The notes beneath the pieces are model-generated. The model did not search any database, was not told where the DNA came from, and worked only from the letters and a program-made list of their open reading frames with translations. Below are positions 1-12,170 of a stretch of DNA of 64,000 bases, piece by piece. A program made the translations under genes and the position numbers. Positions within the stretch are counted from its first letter, which is position 1; the number at the start of each line of letters is the position of its first letter. The DNA comes from Gekko japonicus (Eukaryota): contig NW_015172561.1 in the NCBI RefSeq assembly GCF_001447785.1, positions 619,911 to 683,910 of the forward strand, given 5' to 3'.

Positions 1-7
1 ACATGTA

Positions 8-171
8 AAAAAGGTAAAGATAAAGGTTCCCTTGCTCGAAAGCCAGTCGAATCCGACTCTAGGGTTGCGGTGCTCATCTCCGTTTCAAAGCTGAAGAGCC
101 AGCACTGTCCGAAGACGTTTCCGTGGTCATGTGGCCAGCATGACTAAACACCAAGGCGCACGGAACACTGT
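8..171 (-). mobile_element. Sauria SINE (Squam1-like), 3' fragment
   Basis: Reverse complement of the copies at 45168-45395 and 50394-50737, including the (ACCTTT)n tail and the CACATGACCACGGA core. Confidence 0.85.
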
Positions 172-385
172 ACCAAGCATGAAAAAATTAAACTTAACTC
201 CCAGGCAGAGCACACCCTTACCATCTCTCCCTGCAACAGGTTGGCTGTGTGATAACAGAGGTGTAAACGTCATCCCACAAGCCTACCAGCCAGGGTGGTC
301 GCGGTTACACGTGTATGACAACATGATACAGCAAGGAGGCCTAGACAGTGTAAAGATAGATTGACAGAGTGATGGATGGATAGAG

Positions 386-500
386 TGATGATGATGATGA
401 TGATGACGATGATGATGATGATGATGATGATGAAGATAGATAAATAGATAGATAGAACATAGGGACATAGATAAGAGAGATAACAGGTTAGGCGATAGAT
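386..500. repeat. (GAT)n microsatellite followed by a GATA-like simple repeat
   Basis: Directly visible; it produces the spurious poly-His and poly-Ile ORFs. Confidence 0.95.
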
Positions 501-502
501 AT

Positions 503-600
503 GTGGTTGAGGTATGCAAGTTCTGCCAGCAGCTGGCATGCAGGAGGTTTCAGGTTCAATCCCAGTATCATCAGTTAAAGGATCTGGCAGTGGGGGAGAA
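503..600 (+). mobile_element. Degenerate tRNA-derived SINE head (Squam2-like)
   Basis: GCATGCAGGAGGTTTCAGGTTCAATCCCAGTATC with a B-box; similar to 28820-29020 and 44568-44685. Confidence 0.5.
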
Positions 601-1669
601 GCAATGCCACCTACTTTTATTGCTTGATTCTAATCAGTTTTTGGAAGCTAAGCTGGGTTGGACCCCATTCACAGTGGCCTTGGGCCCCATGGTTAACACT
701 GATCCCTTGTGTTGTTGCTGTTACTGTGGTATCAGAGCACTCATGGCCAAAGGTGTTTGCAATCAGGTTTTCACCTGCTCCTGGTTGCCCCCAGGGTCTT
801 CCACCTGCTGGACATTAATTTCCAGGGGTCTGGATAATTTTATTTCATTGGCCCAGCAGATTATTGTCTTTCATTGACCCAGCAGATAACCCCGCCTGTG
901 GGGAACAGCTTGCAGCATTTCAGGCCTTGCCTGGGGAGTGGGGAGCACTGCTAGCACAGAGCGAGACTGAGGGACCCCCCTCCATGCGTCTGTCTTACCA
1001 AGGCATCCGATTAGGTTCTGTGGTGGGACGTCTAGCCTGCTGGAGGAGAAACTGTTAACGCCGCTGGTATTGATTGCATGAATTGCTTGGACTGCATGGA
1101 TTGGTAATTGACCTGCATATAAGTCTGTGGTGACAAAGCTTTGAAAAAGATAGTGGCAAGTTTATGTAGGTATTGGCATGCCACTAATGTGCGGATAGAC
1201 ACACATAAATATGGCTTATGAATGCATGTAGTAAAACATACGTGTGTGTGATCGTTATGTACTCATGTATGATTCAAAAGTGCTTTCTGCATATCAATTT
1301 CAAGGAAGCCTACGTAATTCACTTTTTTGGGGGGTCTTTTACAGGCTCATACTGGATGAGATGATGGATGATCTGTGGCCTGCCAGTATTTTAGGCTAAC
1401 GATAGAAGTCAAATATGGGTCTGATCCAGAATGGGGCTGTGTGCGGAAGGAAAATGGTGTTTAACTCTTCTTCCCAATGCTGTTTCATCAATTAACTGAT
1501 CTTGAAAGTTAAATAGATGGGGGGAAAGTCAACCTGTCTATCTTTTGCCTTTGCAAGTTAATATCAGCAGTAGGGAAAAACTAAGGCAAACCTTTGGAAA
1601 GGATCTGATTGCAAATAATATTGATACACTCTCCTTCGCTATAGCATGTAGTAGGTAGCACATGGGCTC

Positions 1670-2000
1670 TAGAGTAACTCAGTGAAATTGAGAGGCAGGA
1701 GGCAAACACAAGGCATAATTAACTTATGGTAGGCACTATCACAAGATGTGGTGATGGTCACTGGCTCAGATGGCTTTAAAATGAGATCAGACAATTTTCA
1801 TGGAAGGTAGGTCCATCCAAACCTAACAGGAACCTCTGGTATGCAGAACAGCACATCCTGGGGACAATAATGGAGGGAAAGCTGCAGCTTTCAGACACGG
1901 CTTCTAGGCTTCCTAGGCATCCTGGCTGTCCAGAAACAGGATGCTGGACTAGATGGACATTTGCTGTTATTCAGAAGTGTTCTTTGGATGTTCTTGTGAC
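1670..2000 (+). mobile_element. Old CR1 LINE 3' end
   Basis: GATGTGGTGATGG...GGCTTTAAA...AGACAA, and a tail AGGATGCTGGACTAGATGGAC...TGTTCTT typical of sauropsid CR1 3' UTRs. Confidence 0.6.
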
Positions 2001-5000
2001 AGTAGACCCATTATTGATTGTTCAAGGAACAAAAAAGGTACCTCATGAACTGTAAATAAAGATGAGTCACAGTCACCGTATAAATCCTACTCCACACTAG
2101 TATAGATCAATACTGTAATTTGCTTTCTCATGACCTACTGTAAAGAGTTCACACCAGGTGAGTGCTGGATAACTCAGTATGTTATACCGTAAAGCTATAC
2201 ATCAGTGCTTGCCTCCCAAACTCCAGCTGCGGCTGCATCACCTTCTGGCTTTTGATGCTGATCTCACCTGAAAAATTGCAGGACGGTCCAAGGGCACGCA
2301 GACAGCACAGCCCTTATCTGGATGCCAGGAGAAGCAGAAGATATAATTTTTAAGAATGGCTCAGTCACAATGAATTTCCTTCCCAACCCGTAATTTTTAT
2401 TTCTCACTTTGACCAGTTCACTTCATGCCAATACCAGAAGCAGGGTTTCAAATAAGAAAATAATTCTTTGCATTGTTCATTCATTCATTATTAGAAAAGC
2501 CTGGCTACTGTGTCAAAAATGGAACTGACTGGTTCTGAAAGATGGATATAGACAATTCTGAGGATGTGTCAACAAGCATTGCGATTTGCATGAATCAGAA
2601 CAGAATGGGAAACAAACCCTAAACATATGTTGAACAGAAAATGTGTAATGTAAATAAAAGCCTCCCCCCCAATTTGCTCAGAAAATGGACTGCCAGCAAA
2701 CTCCATTGATAGACATCTTTTTCTTCACACGTCTCTTTTGCCTATGGCTTGGTTACTAAGGACTCCCCTCAGTGGACCGCATTTGACCTTGAGGCTTTGT
2801 TGCTGAATGCGGTTTAAGAATTTTTGGCAAGGAAATGTCAGCTCCTTTTGTGGCATCAATACATCATAGAGATTTGATTATTTAAATTGACAGCTGTATA
2901 TGGCTGCGGTTGTTTCAGCAGCATATAACATCAGTATTTCCAGACATTACTGATTCCTAGGCAATCCTGGCATGACTGAAGACAGTAGGAAAACACACAA
3001 AAAATCTTGTGATGTGAATACCATTAAGAAGATTTGTATAATTTGTTAGACTTTATAAAATTGCAAAAGATTTTGTCAACATCCTTATTTGTACAATATT
3101 GTAAATAAAAAGTCCAATATAGTCCAACATAATGAGTACCCGGTATGAACTCATTTCAACTTTTACAGTCTTCCTCAGATGTAAGTCTATATTGTAAGGA
3201 GAGGTCAGCTTCTTAATCCAGCTCAATTTTGTAATTGCCTTCATAATATTCTGGAATAAACCAAGTAAAAATTCATATGCAGTTGCATGAAAAGGTATTT
3301 ATACTGTAATGATTGAATACCTGTGACCCCTCTTGCTTTGTACTTTATGACTGAAGACAGTGGCAGGTAGAGAAAGTGGCCAGGGGGAGGGGAGAGAGAG
3401 AAAGTAGGGAATGTGGAAGAGAAAGGATTGGGAAGAGAGAGGATGAAAAATAGGCTGGGACAAGAGACAGAGGAGAAGAGATTAGAAAGTCAAAAACTGG
3501 GGGAGGGGAACAGAGAAAGAACTAGGAAGAGAAAGTGGGTACCAGTGTATGTGGTGAGGATTTCTCTCCCTTGCTAGTCTCATGGTTCCAAACTTGTGCT
3601 ATTCAGTTTTGCAAAATGGAGAAAAGTCATGTCTAAAAGTTTTGGTAAGGATGTGTCTTGATGGGTCAAAAAGCCAAAGCGGCCAGTGGAGCAGGATTGT
3701 TCTGACTGAATGAATGTTAAGTCCCTTTGGAGATGGGTAGAAACAGAAACCAGTATTGCCTAAACTGAGAGAGACTAAAAAGATCTGGCAGGAAATGGAA
3801 ACAGCTTGAATCTTATGGTGCCCGGTATTATAGAGTGACATGATGACCCAAGAGTGGGGAGGCAGGCACCTGCTGTAGGCGTGATAGGAAAAAAGTCTTC
3901 CAATGGAGCTGAATTCGAGCAATGGCCTTTGGTGCACCTAGGGCAGAGCCAGGTCCCTGTTTTTTTAATGCAAGGAGCAGAAATAAAGAAAACCTACTGA
4001 CAGGAAGGGAAAGAACAAATTTCTAAAAATGGCAACAATCAGTAGTCTCTGGAAATCTTTGGAAATGTCTGTTTAAGTTCTGGTTGAAAATGAGAAAGTT
4101 ACAACATATATGCATTTCTAAGTGAAACCAATGGAAACCAAAGTAAATATAAAAATGAATCAGAGAAATGAGAGCTAATGGTGATAACCTGGGGGGGTAA
4201 CCAAAATGAAAAATAAAATTACTTCATACTCCAACATATACTTTGTTTCTCAAATATGTGACTTTAATTAATTTTTATAGCAAGTAAATAATGTTCTACT
4301 GTTAACCTGCTTTGGCTTTTCAGGGGAAAGAAGACTTTCGAAATTAAGTAAAGATGTAAACGATAGCTAATTTCAAGGGAAACCAATAGCACGTTGTGTG
4401 TGTTTCTTTGCTATTTTGTAGGTATTTGTAATTTAAAAACCAGGGTGCTACTTAGGGTGCTAACAAGGCATTATATGGCAGGTACTGCCTCACTCCCTTT
4501 TTTCCTAATGAAAAGCAGTTGAGGGAAACGATAAGTTTTAGATGAAAGAAGAACTCTCTGAGCTTTTTAAAATTCAGTTTGGTGTTTGGTCTTTATCCCC
4601 CTTCCCCATTGTTTTTCCATTCATGGAGGAAGATACAGATACCCATCTCATTGTCCTCCTTTCTAGTCAGAGAAGACTGTGGCAAAGCCTAATAACATCA
4701 GTCTAATAATATCATTATAGGCTCAGTCACTTGCTCATCCTCTAAGATGATTTGTGATAATGTCTGCTAGTAATGCCCTTCTGTTCTCTAAACAGGACAC
4801 AGTTCAGTCTCTTATTCAAGAGGATAAGTGGTCAGAACTCTGACATCAAAATGGTATTTTGCAGAAACCGCTGAAACCACTTTCAATTAATGCTGTGTCA
4901 TTTCTTCGTGAAATGTGATTTGTGATGTGAAAGCTGTTGTTTTAGGGAGGATTAATGGTTCTGCAACACCCCCCCCTTCCACTCTTTGAATATTTTTTCA

Positions 5001-5628
5001 TATCTCCAGTTTCCTGTTGTTTCTTTGACTGCTCCTGTTCCATCTACATCATATTTTTTTCAAACTTGGAAGGTCACGAAATTGTAGCAGTCATATCACC
5101 ATGTAGCCAATCAAATCTGCAAAGGGCAAATGAGGGCTTTCCATTGGGTTTCATTTGTCCGCCACTGGTTTTCATCAAGCTCTAGCTGTCTTGTGTTATA
5201 CATCACTAGCTGGGGAAGAGTATGGATTGGGATATGTGTTCACATTCATATTTGAATGAATATCCTCATCCATAATTTGCCCCAATTAGTTTTAGTATTT
5301 GCAATTGGATTGGGATAATGAAATGATAGCCTGGTTGTTTCTTCTCCATCAACATCCATTACCCTGCAAATATATTTATCCTTTCGACAAAGGGGTACAA
5401 ACATTTTCAAAAATGCTCATATTTTCCCCATTTTGGCTCAGCTTCAGAGTTGTGTAATTCTACCGAAAAATTTCAAAGGGAGGCTCCCAGTGTGAAATGG
5501 ATGAACTAGAATTGATTCCTTTCTTTTTCACTATGGACATTATATCAGTCCAGCAAAGCTGGAACAACAATATTAGTGACTGCTGTTATGAATGGATCTC
5601 TTTCATTAAGCCCTGCACACAAATGTCA

Positions 5629-6090
5629 GAAAATTATTTTTATTTATTTATTTATCCTTCGACTTGATATACCGCCCTAACCCCCGTAGGCGTCTCTGGG
5701 CGGTTTACAATTCTTGGGTGCTAATCACCGAAACAGCCCTAACTACGGCCACAATGGTACAAGGGGGGGGGGACTCCCTACTGGCACCCTGGTGGAGGCT
5801 TCAGCAATTTTCCCGGCTCGGCTTCTTTTTCCGGCTGTAAGGTGTCTCAGTGCTCAGGCAGACAGGCGGATGTATGGGTCGCTGGCGACGTCGTCCTCGG
5901 CCCGATCATGTCCTTTTCGGCTCCGCGCGCCTCCGGATGACGTCACTGCGCCTCCGACCTCCGTCGACGACAGCCGCCTAGTTCTTTCACCACTGGCCAC
6001 CAGGGATCAGTCTGGCTCTGCTGCCGCCGCTTGCCGCCTTTCAGCGTTGCACCGCCTCCTCCAATCGTCTGCCGCCACTGCTGTCTTTTC
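5629..6090 (-). mobile_element. CpG-rich ~460-bp retroposon with an L2-type 3' tail
   Basis: Minus-strand tail TGTAAACCGCCCAGAG...GGGCGGTATA...(TAAA)n; flanked by the 7-bp direct repeat AATGTCA (5622-5628 and 6091-6097). Confidence 0.65.
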
Positions 6091-7169
6091 AATGTCATGG
6101 CTTTTTGACCTTTTCTGTTTAAGTACCATAGACATTTTACCAACTGAGGTTAACATTCCTTACTTCTGATGAAGTAAGGTTCAGTTAATTCTGTAAAAAA
6201 ATCTGTTGGTCTTTAAAGTGTCACAAGACTGTGTGTATATGAACTGGTGGAATGGACTAACATCGTTTAGCACTCTAAAATTCATTGCAACTACTTCAGA
6301 AAATTTACTGCTCACTGGTTAATTGCATGCTAATAGCATTCTAAAGAAAAGTGTGAATAATTGAATATATATTAGAATTTCAGGACCTGTTTGATTATGA
6401 AATGCAAATAGTGGAGAGTAAGTTGGGTATGTAAATGTTGTGCTCTGAGTTATGTTTCTTATGAGTACAAATGAATGGTAGTTTCTTCCAGTGGTGTAAA
6501 GTTATCTTGAAATTATCTATATTTATCTTCATCTATCTTGCTCAATACCTATATATTTCATTTGATTCAAGACTGTAATGCAGTGATGATTGCAATCATA
6601 TCAAAAAGATAAAAAAAGCAAATTATTAGGTTTGGAAAATGATGATGTATATTCAGAAGAAGTTGCTGCTATTTAGGAATCAGTCATACAGTGATTATTC
6701 TTTTCTTGGTAGAACAGGATTTCAGATAAATATACAAAGCATTTGGAAGTGTGCATAGTCATTTGATTTTTATTGTTGCGAAATCAATAATGGTTGCAGA
6801 TGAAGAACACACTCCATTAGCGTTCCCTGCCTTGATTACTAAGGAGATGTTTTTCTAGTTTTTCCTAAATAAATTTAGCATTTGCAGACTCTAGTGCAAA
6901 AGAAAGATTTGCTATGCAACGGATATTAAACAGTGGCCATTTCCTCACTCCTCTCAGATTGCCTAGAGCTGTTTGGTTTCAATGTCTGTTGGAATTTGTG
7001 AACCGACAAAGCCAAGTGGGGCAAGATTCAGTTACTCCCAACCACAGCCAGATTGTGCACACTGCGTGCAAAATACTTATCCATTTGTGCCCCATTTATT
7101 CCATTGGAGGTAACGGATGTAAAGAAAGTAAAGAAGAGAGGGGAGGGCTGAGAATGTCAAAGTCCTCTC

Positions 7170-7375
7170 CAATGTTCCCTCCAAGCTGTGGAGTCTTGTG
7201 AGCAAAAATCCTACTTTGTGAGCTACTGGCATTAAAGTAGTGAGTGAGTGATTTGGCTACTGTGTAAATTAGTTTGCTCTGGAGCCGTCCTTCCTGAGCT
7301 AAGACAAAAATGTGTGAGCCGGAGGCTAAAGAACTGTGAGCTAGCTCACACTAACTCAGCTTAGAGGGAACACCT
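7170..7375. mobile_element. hAT-like MITE
   Basis: TIRs TGTTCCCTCCAAGCTG / CAGCTTAGAGGGAACA; a partial inverted copy lies at 25550-25627. Confidence 0.75.
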
Positions 7376-7944
7376 CTCAGAATTATGTAGCTCCACTTAT
7401 TTATGTTTTAGTTTTTAATATTTCAGTCACCCAATTGTGTACATGATCGGAATAAGGTTGCCAGTTGCTTGGGGGGGCGGGAAATATCCCATCCCATCAG
7501 CAGCGGCTTAGTGGGATGCTATTTGTTTAGGTGATGTTGTTTATCTCCCTTCCATGAAAAAGCTTTGTTTTCCATACACTGAGTCTCTGTTAAAAGGACA
7601 GGAAATATTTTTGTCCAGGACTGTTAGCACCTCTAAATTAAAGTAGCTAGAATCAGGGCTGGCTCCAGGGTTTTTTGCACACTAGGCAAGGCTACCTTCT
7701 GGCGCCCCCCCCCCCTGCACCCACCAATTTTCAAACATAAATGCATTTTAGGAAATAATAATAGTGATGATAATAAACATGAGCAATGGTTTTGGTTATG
7801 ATGTGATATGCCAGGCTTACTTTCTCCCCTCCCCCACAAACATCAGATCCCAACAGCACACTGACTCCCCAAACTTGACAGCTGCAATAGCATTTAAACA
7901 TTTTGAAAATCACTACAAATGGTTCTGGGGTGGAGAAGGGAGTG

Positions 7945-8426
7945 AGAGTCCAGTCGCACCTGAAGGACTAACAAAAATCTGTGTTAGATCCAGGTGGGCA
8001 GCTGTGTTCATCTGAAGCAGGAGAACAAAGTGAGAGTCCAGTGGCGCCTTTAAGACCAACACATCCTCTGGGTAGACGTTTTTGTGGGCATGCCCACTTC
8101 CCAGTATATGAAGAAGAGTGCACTCACAGGAAAGCTCCTACCTTGACTAAAACTTGGTTGCTCTTTAAGGTGCCACCGGACTCCAAGTTTGTTCTAAAAT
8201 CTGTGCCAGTCTTTCAGGTGCAACTGCAGGACTTTTGCTCTCCCCAACTGCTCAGGACAGATTTAACAGGGGCTGCCCATCTGGATCTCTCTGCAACCTG
8301 AAGTCGCTACCAGGAAGGACACTTAGCCTGGGGACCCACCTCGCCGCTCCTGCGGAGCACCTGTCTGCCGGCCAAGTTTTAGTCAAGGTAGGAGCTTTCC
8401 TGTGCGTGCACTCTTCTTCATATACT
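7945..8426. mobile_element. Penelope-derived foldback/SINE-like fragments
   Basis: GAGTCCAGTGGCGCCTTTAAGACCAAC and its inverse TTTAAGGTGCCACCGGACTC; the same motif recurs at 8757-8808, 31712-31763 and 33650-33815. Confidence 0.6.
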
Positions 8427-9490
8427 CCCCCTCGAAGCTGGGGGAGGAGGCTGCTGTTGAGCCAGAGCCTGGCGAGAGGGCCCCCCCTGTGCTGCTGTGA
8501 CTGCCAGCCAGGCCGCCTCCCTTCCTCGCGTCCGGGCTCCAGGGGTTGGGGGGGTACCTAAACGAGGCCATCACCTCTGCGCCAGCTGGAATGGACTGTG
8601 CTCGCCCCCCCAGTCCCGCTTGTCCGATAGCTTCCACCCCCTCCTCGGTTCCTCCACAGCTAAAACCCAAGAGGAAGGGGGGGGTGAGACACGCAAGCCA
8701 CACAAACGCTGCCGCAATCACCCCCGACAGCGCACAAAGTTGTGTGAAGCAGTTCAGAGTCCAGGGGCACCTTTAAAACCAACAGAATTTTATTCCAAGG
8801 CATAAGCTGGGCTCTGAGCAGGAGCAAGAGAGGGAGGAGCTGCTGCTGCTGCTGCTCCTGGGGTGGGTGGTGAGGGATTTTATTATTTCCCTTTCCTGAA
8901 CTGCTGTGCGCCCCAGGAGCAAGAGAGGGAGCTGCTGCTGCTGCTGCTGGGGTGGGTGGTGAGGGATTTTATTATTTCCCTTTCCTGAACTGCTGTGCGC
9001 CCCTCTCCCCCCGTGAAAGCAGTGGAGGCTGAGCGAAGTCATCCAGCCACCCCCTCCCTCCCTCCATCCCTCCCTGTGGTCTCTCTCAGGCCCTGGCTCA
9101 GGCAGGCAGGCAGACCCTCGCCGCCGCCACCCCTCACACCGGGACCAGAAATATCCTCCTCCTGCTGGTCAGGCGGGTGGGCTGGAAGAGGAGGCTGGGC
9201 CAGGTGAGAGCAAGACCTCCGCCCCCCACGCGGGCCAGGCGACGCTGCCGTTCAGGGACCTGGAGGGGGAGGGGTGCTATTCTTGTCCCCCCCAACTGAC
9301 ACACTTGCTGCAGCGGAAGAGGACTCAGGCGCACGCACACACTCAGGAGGTGGCTCTTCTTTGGGGCGGGCTGAGGCCGGGCTGGGAATGGGGGCAGTGA
9401 AGAGGTGGCCGTAGCGGTGCAAGCTTTTGGCGGGGGCTTTTGGCAGGGGGGGGGCTCAGTTTGGCGACCCCAGGATGGCCGCGCTGTAGG
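8340..9490. promoter_or_regulatory. GC/CpG-rich island-like segment with GC boxes and a candidate splice donor
   Basis: CpG density higher than the flanks, GGGGCGGG at ~9363, and CAG|GTGAGAG at 9201-9210; no downstream exon identified. Confidence 0.3.
8820..9003. repeat. Tandem duplication, 2 x ~90 bp, each copy containing (CTG)n
   Basis: CAGGAGCAAGAGAGGGAG...TTCCTGAACTGCTGTGCGCCCC occurs twice. Confidence 0.9.
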
Positions 9491-10519
9491 GGAGAATCTA
9501 CCTTTCTTGTCTGGACAGATTTACCTCTTCCCCTGTCATGGAGGCTTAGAAAAGTGGTTATTTACATAGCTGTTGCCCAAAAGAATGATGAGAATTAATC
9601 TCAAATTTAATCCAATATGTTTTTCAATATAATGTATTTGATCAGTGAACATATTTCTGGTTTCTCACGGTAGCTTCCAAAATATTATTTCCAATATAAG
9701 CCATGGTTCATCTAATTTTAATCACTTAATGTGGTTGTTTCATCTCAATGGCTTTCTCGGGAAATTTACTTTATAATAATATATCCCTCCAGAGAACCTT
9801 CAGGCTTTTTGAAGTTCTTATTTTCATTCTTAGACCGATTTTTGTATGTATGACTATTGCACTTACTATGCAGTGAACTAACTTTGGGAAGGTAGAAGCA
9901 AAATTAAGGAAGAATATTTGTCTCTAACAAGGATTCTGTTAACTGCAGCAGACCAGAACAGAAGAAACTGCTTTGGCAATTTGTTTCCTTTTTGTGTCCT
10001 CCCATCTGATTGGCAATTCAGTGTTCCCTCTGGGTGCATGAGCGGGTGCTCATTAACGCGGGAAGTCCTGCTCAGCAGCAATCTGGAGCCACATGGGGTC
10101 TTGCACTGCCCAGTGCCCGTTTTAAGATCACAGCAGTTATATTCTGCTCAGGATGTGAACTGCTCCCCTCAGTAGGGAAAACAAATTAGAGAGAACATTG
10201 ATTGGCATTCTTTCTATTGGCAGCACACTAATGAGCTGAAAGTCTATGCAATTTATCCCATCTCTGTGTTAATAACATTCACCCACACACGTGAAATAGA
10301 TCTATGGCCGTCAATGCTATTGTTTTAACGTATATGGTCAGATAAACATGTTCCCTAAGCACATATCAGTGTGATTAGAGCCCTCTTTCCAGTTCAAGCA
10401 CAAATCATAATAAAATATCCTTCCCTTGGACACTTCTCAATCCAAGTTAGAATTGCTAACTCTGCTCAGGGAAATTCCTGGAGATTTGGGGATGGGGCCT
10501 GGAGAGAGCAGGGTTTGGG

Positions 10520-10710
10520 CAGAAGGCTTCATGTGGAGGAGTGGGGAATCAAACCTGTTTCTCCAGATTATAGAGTCCACCACTCTTAACCACTGCCCCA
10601 TGCTGGATGGGAGACTATGCAGAGAGAGGCATTGGCAAACCACCTCTGAACATCTCTTGCCCTGACAACCCTCCAGGGCCACTATAAGTTGGTTGTGACT
10701 TCACAACAAA
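10520..10710. mobile_element. Squam3-like SINE fragment (-) joined to a 5S-derived/RTE-tail SINE fragment (+)
   Basis: CATGTGGAGGAGTGGGGAATCAAACC matches the Squam3-like copies; followed by TGGATGGGAGAC and GGCAAACCACCTCTG...TCTTGCC. Confidence 0.55.
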
Positions 10711-10832
10711 ACACAAAACAAAAGAATGATCTTTGTAGTCTGGAGATCAGTTGTAATTCCTGCAGATTTCCAGACTCTACCAAGCTATCCTACTCCAACC
10801 TTAAGCAAATGTTGGCTTAGATTCTACACCCA

Positions 10833-11199
10833 TGTTAAACAGACTGTGGTGTATTCAAGTTAATGAAAAACTGTGTTGTACTCAATCATTGAAACACCAT
10901 GTAAAGCTTCATCCTGGGCAAGGATCCTAATCTTGCAATTCCTATTGGTAGCCCAGGAAGAGCCGACCAATCACCCACCATCAAGTTCCCTGAGAGGGAA
11001 CGTCTGTGATTGGATTTTATCTTGACAATCCTATTGGTTGTAATGTACAGTAGGGCGTGGCTACATTAGCCGGGAGAGTTTAAAAGAAGCACAGCTACAC
11101 TGCAAAAGCTGTTCTGGTTGTTCTGTTCTAGTTGTGTTACGCGTTGCTCAATAAAGCTGAATCACTTGCTGAAATCTGACTTAAGTAGTCGACTTAACA
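10833..11199 (+). mobile_element. Solo LTR (367 bp)
   Basis: TGTTAA...TTAACA termini; CCAAT/ATTGG boxes, GGGCGTGG, a TATA-like TTTAAAAG and AATAAA at ~11150 in the expected order; TSD not evident. Confidence 0.7.
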
Positions 11200-12009
11200 C
11201 AGATCCTCACATCTAGGCATGGATTTTGTGACTAAACAATGTAACTGCTAATGCAAATAGGTTCTATGGGTGACTAAAGACACACTGACTGATTATTGGG
11301 ATTGACAAACTGATGGCCAGACACTGGATGATGAAGTGAAGCTTCTCTTCTCCAGGGGTTTACTATTCTTTTACAGCTAGCATGATGGAATTAGCTATAG
11401 TCCTATGTTCTCTATTGACTCTCTTGAGTTTTTGTCTCTGTAGTGGCCAGAAATCTGTTTACCAGTTAGATGCAAACTGTGGAGGCAAGCAGGTCTCAAA
11501 ACCATGATGCTTGTTGCAGGTGGGACAACATGGAGACAGCTGTTCCTAAACATGGATACAGATTATTTCACAGGTTGACCAAAATAACTCATCTTTTTTG
11601 AGGACACAGAGAAGCCCAAAATGGCAACAGAGGAAATGGGGAAGGTGTCTGACTTTCTGAGGGTTTGCTGCATGCTCTTCAGTTTTTTCTGTCACTAGTA
11701 ACTCTCAGACTCAAGACGTTGCCTCATTTAACTGACAATCTTAACACTCATAAATATTCTCATTCTCCCATAATCCTCAAGCCTACCTAAATTTATTTGT
11801 GTTCTATCTTCTGAATATGACCTGTATCCCAAATCCACGCCAAAAGAATTTTAAACAAATATTTTAAATTTACATTAAATAAAAAAGGCAGAAAACTCCC
11901 AAAGAAAAGTATGGTCTTGCTGGTGTTATTGCTAGGATGGAAAAGATGCAACCTCCCAGCAGGTCTTCTTCTTCACCCTCAGTCCTGCAGCCACAGGGCT
12001 ACTTCTTGT

Positions 12010-12170
12010 TAGGGCTGCCAAAAGGCCTAGAGGAAAAAAATGCCCTTTAATAGAGGCTTTGTGTGTGAAAATCAGCATCTGAAGCTTTCCTAGCCTGGAA
12101 GTAAAAAACATCCCATTACACCTCTGTTAAAGGGACATGACATTTTTCTTCGAGCTGTTGGCAAACTTGC
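12010..12170. mobile_element. Degenerate hAT-like MITE (TAGGGTTGCCA family)
   Basis: TAGGGCTGCCA...TTGGCAAAC; relatives at ~7455-7634, 16080-16272, 18060-18490 and 34614-36980. Confidence 0.5.

Larger units (their letters stand above)
7654..9535. mobile_element. Putative large hAT-like non-autonomous element enclosing Penelope-derived pieces and a CpG-rich segment
   Basis: Left end CAGGGCTGGCTCCAGG...GGCGCCCC and a degenerate right end GGCGACCCCAGGATGG...CCCCTG; no TSD seen. Confidence 0.35.

Noticed and set aside
270-539. Poly-Ile and poly-His ORFs
   Set aside because: They are translations of the (GAT)n microsatellite.
3053-3270. LGLFQNIMKAITKLSWIK, resembling L1 ORF2
   Set aside because: A single weak motif; not enough to call.
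5020-5065. EF-hand-like KKYDVDGTGAV on the minus strand
   Set aside because: An in-frame stop lies immediately upstream and there is no splice acceptor.
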